DNA of 64,000 nt from the NCBI RefSeq assembly GCF_009914755.1, contig NC_060927.1; one strand, given 5' to 3'. The notes under the pieces were generated by a model, which searched no databases, had not been told where the DNA came from, and worked only from the letters and a program-made list of their open reading frames with translations. Source of the DNA: the human T2T-CHM13v2.0 reference genome, Homo sapiens. Shown here in pieces: positions 51,984 to 64,000 of the stretch. Every line of letters starts with the position of its first letter. Position 1 is the stretch's first letter. The translations under genes and the position numbers were made by a program.

Positions 51984-52734
51984 CTATATTCTACTTAGAA
52001 TAATTATGTGTCCTTCTGTGGAACTCCTCACCTCAATTTGTAGTAACAGTTAATTGTACCTCAGATATTTTTACCATTATGTTCATTACATAATGGTTTC
52101 ATTAAATATTAGGATGAGGAATGGCTAATAAAATCCCCAAGATTTATTTAACCTTGTGCATTTTATTTTTAATATAAAAATTATTCTAGAAAATGTTACT
52201 TGATTATTTCCCACATTTTAAGGGGGATAAACAAAACAACCTTGTATTTTAACATTGAAATATTCTTAAAAGTAAAATTTGAAATACGCTAATTATACTG
52301 ACATCTTTTGTAAGTGATAACACATAATTGAATGGCTCCTGTACCAGAAGAATCACAACTATGGAAAAAGACAAAGAGCCTAATTTATTCTGACTAATCA
52401 GGATTGATGCTAATTAAAGAAGAGTGCAAGATAATGACTTCATTACTACCTGATAGATGGAAATAGATTGTTCTTCTAGGTAAAATAGCAATTAAATAAC
52501 TTTTTTAAAAGGATTTCTTTTCTGAAGACTTTCTTCTATAAATGGTGAAGTATTCATATAAAGGTCTTTTTGAGAAATCAACTAGAAAAAATAGATTTCA
52601 TCAAAGGCTGTTTATTCTTTAGTATTTTGTCACATTTCCTGGATATGCACAAGAAAAAGACAGTATCTGAACAGGTGGCAATCAGAACAAAATTGACTTA
52701 CATTATTCGGTGGAATGTTTTGCATTAAGAACAT

Positions 52735-52967
52735 AGTCTAGTGAAGTGATTAAAGCACAAGTTCAAATCCTAATTCCTTCATCAATCAGCTCTGTGACCT
52801 GCAATCAGGTGTTTTAACCTCACTAAGGCTTAATTTTCTCACCTGTAAAATTTTTAAAATAATAGAACCTGCTTCATAGAGTGGCTTGAGTATTAAATAA
52901 AATTATCTGTGTAACACTCATAGCACAGAGCATGGCATTTAGAAAGAGCTAAATAAATATTAGCTAA
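52735..52967 (+). mobile_element. MIR SINE
   Basis: gttcaaatcc...gctctgtgacct...tttctcacctgtaaaa...aataaatattagct. Confidence 0.75.
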
Positions 52968-53012
52968 AGTATTAGTTTTCTCTTGGCATGTAACAAATCA
53001 CCACAAATTTAG

Positions 53013-53971
<959 letters not shown>

Positions 53972-54284
53972 AAATTATTTTTTAAAAGAGCTCACCTCAT
54001 TGTGTCAGATACTCACAGGATCTTTTGATCAATTTAAACTAGCTGATTAGGGACCTTACTTACATCTGCTAAATGTCTTCACCTTTGCCATTCAAGGTAA
54101 CTTAATCATGGTGATATTCCATTATAGTCAGAGTTCTCCCCTGCACTCAATGGAAGGGGATTCCTATCAGGGAGTATGAATTGTGAGGCTCATCTTAGAA
54201 TTCTGTCTACCAAAGCTATAATTTTATTATAATTTTATAATTATTACTAAATATTAACTGGAGTGTTTATTTAAAATGAGTCTG

Positions 54285-54590
54285 AGCCAGGTGAGGTGGC
54301 CCGTGTTTGTAATCCCACCACTGTGGGAAGCAGAAGCAGGTGGGTCACTTGAGCCCAGGAGTTCAAGACCAGGTTGGGCAACATGACAAAACCCCATCTC
54401 TTCAAAAAATACCAAAGTTAGCTGAGCGTGGTGAGGTGCACCTGTACTCCCAACTACTTAGGAGGCTGAAGTGGAAGAGTCATTTGAGCCTGGGAGGTTG
54501 AGGCTGCAGTGAGCTGAGATGACACCACTGTACTCCAGCCTGGGTGACAGAGTGAGGATCCTGTCTCAAAATGAAATGACATAAAATAAA
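54285..54590 (+). mobile_element. AluJ
   Basis: cacttgagcccaggagttcaagacc...gaggttgaggctgcagtgagct. Confidence 0.9.
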
Positions 54591-55236
54591 TGTCTGAGAT
54601 TATGATTAGTTGTACCTTAACATTTCTTCAAGCACCTGCATTTTAAACTCTCATTGAGTATACCATTGAGAAAACAGTATTTTAATTTCTTGAGGATTTA
54701 GCACATCATCTAAACAATTTATTCAAGGTTGCTTTTTCCAGGTGTTTACATCATGGTGAAAAATAATAGCAGCAGTGAAAATACAAATACCACAAAGTTA
54801 TAAAATATCCAAATACAGGCCTAAAAGACATTGCTTCTGGTATAGTTATAAGCTAAGCTGCAGAAGCATCTCTGAAAACTGTAACTGAAAAGTTATGAAG
54901 AAATTTAAGAAAAATAATGATCACTAGCACTCCTAGATGATGATTAACACACCTAGATTGCCAAGGGAGATTATTACCTACAAAATGATAAGATTTTTCA
55001 TGTATACATACACACACAAACTGCTTGCAAAAAATACACTATTTGCAAAACAAAAGAAAAAAATGCGAAAGAATGTTTGTAATGGGTAGCTTTGATTTTG
55101 AAAGAAACAAAAAGCCTTTCCATGATTAACAAGATTACCTTAATCAAAATTAAAGAAATGACATAATGGTTAATTTATGGCTTGATTAAGGTATAGTAAG
55201 GGAGCAAACTATAGTAATATTTTGACAGAATATACT

Positions 55237-55601
55237 TGTAACGGAAATGGCTGCGCTTTAGTCAGGAGTAGACTGAGGTGGCCTTTTGGTGAAGTGTGAC
55301 TCAGTGGGTTTGGAGCGCAGGCACACCACCCCCACATATTATGTAATCACTCCATGTAAGGCACATTAGGAAACCACTCACGCAAGCTCATACTCGGCTC
55401 AGAGCCACTATTGTCTGCAAAAGGTATAATTACCCTGCTGCCACTGTACCTATGGCTCACACCCAGGCTTGCACCCAGAGAGAGAATAAGCCATGTCAAA
55501 ACTGCCTACGATTCCTCAAGTGTTTTTACAGTTACTCACCACTCACCCACTCACTCCCCTCAGACCTTAGCTTGGACTGGAACCTGACGCTTGGCATGAT
55601 G
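55237..55601 (+). mobile_element. LTR18A-like ERVL solo LTR
   Basis: tgtaacggaaatggctgcgctttagtcaggagtag...tgactcagtgggtttggagcgcaggc...ggaacctgac; about 365 bp; probable TSD atact/ataat. Confidence 0.75.
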
Positions 55602-56570
55602 ATAATTTTCAAAAACAATTATCAAAACTATTGCATAATGGAGTCTTTCGATTTCTGATAAGTCCATAATATGTATGGCAATTAGTTCATTGTAGGCAAA
55701 AAAAAATTTAGGGCAAGAAAAACAACAATTATTTCAGAAACTCCTTCAGGAATAGGTGTATAGTAGAATTGATTGGATGAGATCTGTTCAACTGAATGAA
55801 GAGAATCAAATTATAGGAGTTAAATGAGTCAAGTTAAGAAATTTAGGAAAGTATATGCAGGTTAAAAAGTCCTTGAGGAAAAACAGAGCAAATAAGGAGA
55901 AAGAGGCAGGAGAGCTACAAAATAATTTACATTTTTGCTTCTACAAAATGAAATGGAATCTGACCAAATAGAACTAAAGTTTTAAGAGTGAGCTGCACAT
56001 TCACCTCTCCTAGTAAACTTGGTAGTAGGTTCTTCATTTCATGGCAGTGATTTATAATGAGGGAAACTCTCAGGCAAATTGACTAACCCTTAATGATAGA
56101 ACCTGGTTAAACCAGGCTCTTATTGGAGGAAAAACTCAGAAGTCTTCAGGGGCTTTCTGAATCAGATTAAAAGTGAGACCATTTAAATATGAGATCAAAA
56201 ATAAGATTTATGGTATAATATAAAAGAGCTTAATTAAGTGTACATGCCGATGAGATTCCAGATACTGAGTGTGCTTATAATTGATGCCATTGATTTAGTC
56301 ATGATCAGTACATTGAATTAAATACTCTAATTGCATATTATTTCACTGGTTCTTCTCTTAGACTTTGTTTCCTTAAGGAAACTTGTCCAGGGAAAAAAAA
56401 ATGAGAGATCATTCTGTTGGTCACTATTGTAAACAGGTTTGGATTGTCATAATTACTCTTCCCAATATTTGCCAGGAAGAGGTGAGGGTAGCATAAAAAA
56501 CACTAGGAAATCATCAGAAGAGAAAAAAAAATCCTTCTCAAAATCTAGTATCCTCTTTATTTTGTAAAAC

Positions 56571-56873
56571 TTTTTTTTTTTTTTTTTTTGAGATAGAGTT
56601 TTGTTCATGTAGCCCAGGTTGGAGTGCAGTGGCACAATTTCAGCTCACTGCAACCTCAGCCTCCCGTGTTCAAGTGATTCTCCTGCCTCAAGCTTCCCAA
56701 GTAGCTGGGATTACAGGCATGCACCACCATGCCTGGCTAATTTTTGTATTTTTAGTAGAGATGGGATTTCACCATGTTGGCCACGCTGGTCTGGAACTCC
56801 TGATCTCGGGTGATCCACCCACCTCGGCCTCCCAAAGTGCTGGAATTACAGACATCAGCCACCCTGTCTGGCC
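56571..56873 (-). mobile_element. AluS (Sq/Sp-like)
   Basis: Poly-T plus full dimer; degenerate TSD tattttgtaaaac / tattttgtgaagc. Confidence 0.93.
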
Positions 56874-56923
56874 CTATTTTGTGAAGCTTCATACTGATGA
56901 AATTATTGATGCATCTTTATCAC

Positions 56924-57447
56924 TGTGGTTGGCCGAATAATATCCTTCCTTGAAAGATGTCCACACACTAATCGCTTACACCTCTGACTATGTTATCTTA
57001 TATGGCAAATTGGATTTTGCAGATGTAATTAGGGTCAAGGACTTTCAGATGGAGATATTATCCTGTGGGTGGCACACAGATTATATTGTGGCTATCAATC
57101 AACTTAATCACATGAGTCTTTAAAAACAGTCTTTCCCTGGCTGTGGTAAGAGAAAGAGATGTGATGATGAAAGCAGACTTGGAGGGATGTGACATTGCTG
57201 GCTTTGAATTTGGAGGAAGGGGCCATCAGCCAAGGAGTGTGTGCAGCCTCTAGGAGTTGGAAGAAGCAACCAAACAGGTTCTTCTAGATGCTCCAGAGAA
57301 AAACTCCACCCTGCTGACACTTCTATTTTATCCAAACAGGACCTGTATCAGACTTCTAACCTACAAAACTGTAGGATACTAAATGTAGGTTGTTTTAGGC
57401 ATTAATCTTGTGGCAATTTGTTACAGCAGCAATAGAATACTACTATA
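56924..57447 (+). mobile_element. MLT1C/D MaLR solo LTR
   Basis: aaagatgtccac...tttgcagatgtaatta...ccctgctgacac...aatttgttacagcagcaatag. Confidence 0.85.
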
Positions 57448-57659
57448 ATTACTAACGGAAATTTAGCAAAAACCATTCTATGTTAGTAAAAAGTAGTTCC
57501 TTCAGAACTACTCCTTCAGAGGAGCAAACAAAAATGCAGGAAATAAGGAAGAGTGAAAGAAAGCCAATTATTGCTCCCATCTGTTCTTCCTTTCAACCAG
57601 TTCCCACTACAACACCTCTATTAGGTTAATTGCCCTCTCAGGACACTTAGGAAGTATAG

Positions 57660-57920
57660 AGCTGTAAGGTGTAACAGTGAGGAAATCCTAAGCTGAATAA
57701 TTCAATAAATCTGAGTTTGAATTCTACCTTTGTCACATAGAGGACTTGTGGTATTGAGCAGAGTATTCAAAAAGCCTGATCCTGAGTTTCTTTATCTCCA
57801 TGATGAAGATAATTATCCCCATAAGGGTTGTCAAAATAATCAAATGAGCTAATATTTAAATAATGGCTAGTGCATAGTATATCCTAACTGAATGAATTTT
57901 AGCCTCTTATTATCACTTTT
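57660..57920 (+). mobile_element. MIR SINE
   Basis: gagtttgaattctacctttgtcac...gagtttctttatctc...atgaagataat...aagggttgtc. Confidence 0.6.
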
Positions 57921-58092
57921 TCTAGTGAGTTACATTAAACCATAAAGAAGTTATATGAGTAGCATAAAGTTCACATTAAGAAAACCACAGGAGAAAGACT
58001 AAATTTCCAGGACTCCAGCCTCTAATTATTTTTTTCACTATTGCCTGCAGCCTCTATTGGTCAAAATATGTGTTATTATATTACAGAGTTCT

Positions 58093-58392
<300 letters not shown>

Positions 58393-61300
58393 ACGAGAGT
58401 GCCTCAAATTGCCATCTTAAGTGTAAAAATTCACAAAATATTTAATTACATTTATAGGAACAAAATGAACTTGTCTTTATCTATGGGCATACCTTAAAAT
58501 TATCTTTTACTAACTCTTCCACTAACTCAAAGAGTAAAACAGTATAAGTCAATTTTCGTATTAACCTCTTTAGATCCTTGTTCTTTGTAATGGATATAAT
58601 CAATAAATATAGACTTAGAAATGAATCAGTTATACGATAAATAACTGACCTTCATACTATCACTGATCTTTCAAAATAACATTTAATAATTCTTAAGCCA
58701 CAAATATTAATTTACTGACATATATATTAATGCAATCTCAGCATGCTGGATAATCTGTTTTCCAGATAGGAACATGTGGCAAGTAAGCATTACATTTTCT
58801 ACAAGACAGGCTAGATTCTAAAATCAACATGTAAAGCAAAATAGAGGGAGTTGTTTAATAACATCAAAAGTGCAAGACCTGTCCTGGGAGTCTCCCTAAT
58901 TAATCATCTCATCCCATATTCCTTATTAAAACTTTAAATGAATTAAGTGTTTGGCTCACTGATATGTGGGATGCACCCAAAGTAATTGAATGTGGTAATT
59001 GAAAATTTGTTAAACCTGTCACTGTACATCATTATCAGCTTTAAATCCAACAGAGAACAATTAGCTTACAATAGTTATAGTTGAATCAAGTCCACTTTAT
59101 GGTTGAGTGAGTAATGCACATTCATCAGTAAATTAAATTAGACTCCAAGTAGATGAACAGGATAAAGGTTGCATGTGTGAATGGTGTAAATAAAGTAAAA
59201 CATAGGATTTATGGAGTGCTAAACCTATTTCCAGAAGCAATGTGGGCTAAATAGCCTTCATTACAGCCTCTTAACCAGCAGACAGGTCATGGATCAAGCA
59301 AGAGTCTGAAAATAAAAATCTACTTAACTCTAGCCCCTGGCTTATGATTGATGTGTTAAAAGTAAATAATCAGATGTGTAAATATTAATAGATAGCAGAT
59401 AGCATCATCTTCCCATTGCCACACAAGACTACTACAATTTATAAAAGCAGAAAACTAACAAACTCTATTGTCCGTTATATTTTACAGGAGAAGGCTTTGG
59501 GGTAAGAATGCCCCATTATGCTCTCTCAACTGACTAGTATTTTTAATTAAAAGTTACGGTTATGCTCATTAACAAAAATTTTACTGCAGAGTTTCTGCAA
59601 TGATGGAAAATATTTGAAATATTTGGTAAGGATACATTTATTTGGCAAGAAAATTAAAGTTACATTGGTCTATAATGGTGTATTTTTATACACACTCATA
59701 AAAGGTTTTAGGTGCAGACATATGTTCTGTTGAATGACTTGGAATTGAAATAAATATGATGCTGAAAAACATAACAAACAGATACTTGTGTTACTGATGT
59801 GTTTGAGAAGCTCAGAAATAACAAACATTGGATAATTGTGTAAATGCCAGATATAACTCAGTTGCAATATCCTACAACTCTGAAAATGTGTATGCTTTGA
59901 TCCAAGGGTCATCTAAATTTTAGGTTATAGACATAAAATGTACACATTTATGCTGTTTAGGGCTAAAAATTTGATTAATTTAAAACTAGCAGTAAAACAT
60001 AGAAGTGGACCTTAATGTTTATATTTCCTACCAAGGTTACCTCCCCACCAGTATTATGGTATCTGAGAAATCAAATTAGTAATTTTAATTTTTTCTGGTC
60101 AGTATGTTTATAGTCTCAATGAATGTTTTATTGCATTCAAGCTGAGTAAAAAACATATGGGTGCCTTTGAGTTTCTAGAGATAGACTGCTATCTCTCTTA
60201 GAAAATATATTTAGGAAAATATTAACTATTGAGAAGTTTTTATTTCTCCCAGCTGCTCCCACCACCATTTTCTAGATTTCTTGAATTAATTTTCAACATA
60301 TTTTCATCACATGACACGTTATAGCATTTTCAACAATTACCTTCTCCATTGATCATTTCCTGTTGCCTTATAGCCAGCCTCCTAAATCGCAACAATAATG
60401 TCTACAACTCTGAGGACAGAACTGATTACTTCTGGAAAACCTTCCTGAAGATAGCTAATCTTGGCCTTCTAAGTTCTTGTTGCTTGCAATAATAACATGG
60501 CAGCTCTTGGTAAGTGTCCTGGTGTATTTTTGATTTGTACTTTAGGCATGTTTTTAGGGTCTTCCAGTGACAGTTGAGCTAATAACTCCATGGCCTATGG
60601 ATTTCCAAAGAAATGTATAATATTTAATTGTCATTTTTATTTATTGATAAAAAGGTATCCCTTTTATAAGAGATTTGGTTCTGAATAGTTTATATAGAAG
60701 GTAGAAAGTATGTCTTAGGTTGATTCAGAACTTATATTTCTATATAATAATGTCTGCCATTTTTTATTTTAAGCATTTCCCCTAAAAATTTTAAAAGTAG
60801 ACATAGTTTTAAAGGGAATTTCATTACTTTGGGGCTACAAACCTGAATATGCTTTTCTTTTTCCCATGATTAATTAAGACCCATAATCTCACCTGATCTC
60901 AAGTTGTCTTTGGTTTACTGGCATTTGGAGTCTTGTTTCCATCTGGGTTATAACCTTTCATTGGCGTCTTTATGATAGACGTGTTGGGAATGTAGGAGAA
61001 CCTTAAATCCATCCAGTGGGCTTAAGTTGCTGTTGATACTTTTTTTCCTCTATAAAATGAAATCAATACCTTATGTGAAAAATATTTGGAACATTCTACA
61101 ATATAGATTTTTTAAAATTAAAGATTGTGTAGTTGACTGAAACTATATAATCCTTGTTCTAGTGAGCCAAATGCTAAATTCTAAGCCTTACCTAAATGGT
61201 TCAAAAGGTTTTAAACACCAAAATAATATACATTATTTTCATTTAAGTATCCCCTGTGTGTATGGCACTGTACAATGTTCTTTGGGTGGAGAATGCAAAA

Positions 61301-61989
61301 TAAATAGAAGATGGATTCTACCATTGAGAAATCATTATGCACATGTATGAAATGAAAAGCCAATCAGTAAAAACTACCTATACATTAGTTCCGTGTGGTA
61401 TGGTTTCAAGTCAGGTGAAGTCCTTAAGGGTTATAGGATACAAATACATAACGTCAAAAAAGCACAACCACCTTCATCACATCAAAGACCCTCTAGGCCA
61501 GCACATAGACAATAATAAGATGCAAGAAAAGACAAGCACTATAATAGAAATTCAAGCCAGACAGTTTCCCTCAGTCTTTAGCACTGGAAAACTACCCGCA
61601 TTATGAGTGAGGCTGCAGGAGCTAAAAACAGACGCTCAACATTCATACAAAACTGAAACTTCAATATCATAGCAAACCAGGGAATAGTCTAAATGGTTTT
61701 AAGTGATTAAAAAAAAAACTAAGTTGGTTTTGATCTGCAGTTTTTCTTCCAAGTAGTCTTTCATAAATTAAAAAAAAAAAAAACAACACAGTAAACTTTA
61801 AAAAAGATTCAGTAAACTTCTGTATCCCAACCAGTAAAGAATCCAAAATAAATACTTTTCCTTTTTTGTCTTATTATAGATCTATTCACCTATATCCCTC
61901 TATACAGGCATCAATTTATCTATATTTTAATGAATTTCCAAATAAGTTTCAGACATCAGTATGCTTCCTACCTAAACACTTTTATATAA

Positions 61990-62826
61990 TTAGTTTACAT
62001 TTTTTAGGTTAAATGTACCTGCTATACTGTGCCATTAAATTAATTTTGACACATGCATAACCTGTATAACCTAAACCCCCATTTTTAAAATATTCACTCT
62101 TAGTACTTAATGTAACATATCAAGAGGTTGAATACTACCTCACCCAAGAAAGTTTCCTCATGCCCCATCCCACTTAGTTCCTACCCCTAGACCTCCAAGA
62201 GACAACCACTCTGAAATTTGTTTCCACCAAAGATTAGTTTACCTGCTCTATAACATCATAAAAATGTAATTATATAGTATGAACATTTTACTTAAAGCTT
62301 CTTTCACACAGTATTTTTTAAGATTCATCCATGTTGTTGCACGTTTTTTTTTTCATTTTTATCACTAAATACTACCGCATCATATGAATACACCATAATC
62401 TGTTTATTCATTAATGTATTAATAAACATTTTCAGCTTTGGATTTTTATGAATACAGTTCCAAATAACATTCCTATATAAGCCTTTCTGTGCATATATCT
62501 TTTGATTTCTCTTGGAATGAAACCAATGAATCATAGAATAAGTGTATATTTAGTTTTATAAGAAAATATTGTATACTCCCAACAACAATGAATCAGATTT
62601 CCAGGTGCCCTACACCCTCACTAACATTATCCAGCTCTCCCTCTCTCTCTGTCTTTCTCTCTATATATATACATATATATGGACATACATATATGTACAA
62701 GTATGTATATATATGTACATATATATGGAGAGATTTTATATACACATATACATAAAACTTTAGACATTCAAGTGCATATATATGTAGTCGTATCTCTCTG
62801 ATTTTAATTTGTACCATCTAATGACT
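61990..62826 (-). mobile_element. Old L1M (MB/MD/ME-type) 3' region, containing a TA/CT low-complexity tract at ~62635-62790
   Basis: caagaaagtttcctcatgccc...agattcatccatgttgttgc...caccataatctgtttattcatt...tatactcccaacaacaatg. Confidence 0.7.
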
Positions 62827-63971
62827 GTATTAGTGTAGATTCAAACAGGAGATAGACACCACACATTGGGTTAGACTACAGAAGTTTAATATAAAGAATA
62901 ATAAAACTATGATAAAAGAATAACTACAACATTTGAGAAAACTCTCTATGGTACCCCAAGATGGAAAGTAAGTACCACAGGAAAGACAAATTTGGTAGGG
63001 GGCTTCCTTCCCAAGGCTGGTGTGATGGTTCATACTGAGTGTCACCTTGACTGGATGGAAGGATGCAAAGTATTGATCCTGGATGTGTCAGTGAAGGTGT
63101 TGCCAAAGGAGATTAAGAGTTGAGTCAGTGCACTGGGAAAGGCAGACCCACCCTTAATCTGGGTGGGCACAATCTAATCAGCTGCCAGCACGCCCAGAAT
63201 AAAAGCAGGCAGAAGAACATGGAGAGATCAGACTGGCTTAGCCTCCCAGCCTACATATTTATCCCATGCTGGATGCTTCCTGCCCTCAAACACTGGACTC
63301 CAAGTTCTTCAGCTTTGAGACTCGGACTGGTTTCCTTGCTCCTCAGCTTGCAGATGGCCTATTGTGGGACCTTGTGATCGTGTGAGTTAATACTCACTCC
63401 TTAATCAACTCCCCTTTTTATATACATTTATCCTATTAGTTCTGTCCCTCTAGAGAACCCTGACTAATACAGCTGGGGTTCAGATCTTGCTAGAGGAGTT
63501 ATAATTTAGCCTGCTAAAGAGTGGAAAGTTGTTTTTTCCATACTAAAGCTGATCTGCACAACTGGGTCAGTACAATGTAGCCTTCCAGAGTGCAAGTGGG
63601 GAACAGGCCATCAGTAACCAGGGCAAGCAGAGGAGGTGGGGATTTTCCAGGCCCCAGGCCAGACATGTTGGTCTGGCAGAGGGATCAGCATCCAGAAGGG
63701 ATCCTCTGGGCCTCAGGGACCACTCTGGTACCTGCAGAAGGAATCAGGGCAGCTGTGCCAGCAGGTCTTTAGAGCACTGGTTTCTCTATTTAGGGTCATG
63801 GAAAGGTTATCATCAGTCCAGACTGAGACTTCAAGGTGTCTGTGGATCCATGCACTCTGGGCCTGTGGTTGTGGCAGAGCTCCACTGGATGTCATCCCAG
63901 CCACACCACCCTACCCACATTTCAGCCACCAGCACCTGCAGGAGACCCTCTTGTTCCTACGGTGCTCCCAC
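62827..63971 (-). mobile_element. Old ERVL-class LTR (family not resolved), split by MLT2A1
   Basis: Starts tgtattagtgtagattc...gaagtttaatataaagaat and ends ...tgctcccaca; sequence resumes after the gctgg TSD. Confidence 0.5.
63021..63471 (+). mobile_element. MLT2A1 (HERV-L) solo LTR
   Basis: tgtgatggttcatactgagtgtca ... tctagagaaccctgactaataca; perfect 5-bp TSD GCTGG. Confidence 0.93.
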
Positions 63972-64000
63972 AGTACCCTTTAATGAGAAAGCTTAACAAT

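Overview
AT-rich, CpG-depleted primate (human-like) genomic DNA. I recognise no protein-coding exon, RNA gene, CpG island or CRISPR/prokaryotic feature, so the window is intergenic or deep-intronic; the host gene or locus cannot be named from the sequence. The ORF track is explained by decayed transposon coding sequence (Tigger2 transposase, L1 ORF2), Alu/LTR read-through and chance. Interspersed repeats are abundant: 14 Alu-family elements, about a dozen solo LTRs (THE1, MST, MLT1, MLT2A1, MER11, LTR18A, LTR27/28-like), nested L1s, Tigger/MER DNA-transposon fossils and many MIRs, many with readable target-site duplications (TSDs). Subfamily names come from my recall of consensus sequences and need RepeatMasker/Dfam confirmation. 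I found no evidence of a wholly new biological system. The best leads are two candidate cryptic exons built next to microsatellites: a 96-nt minus-strand exon whose polypyrimidine tract is the (GGAA)13/(TTCC)13 repeat, and an 18-nt plus-strand microexon with a UG-repeat just after its donor. Other leads are an inverted AluY pair around a CpG-retaining element, several transcription-factor motif clusters, and DNA-repair scars.
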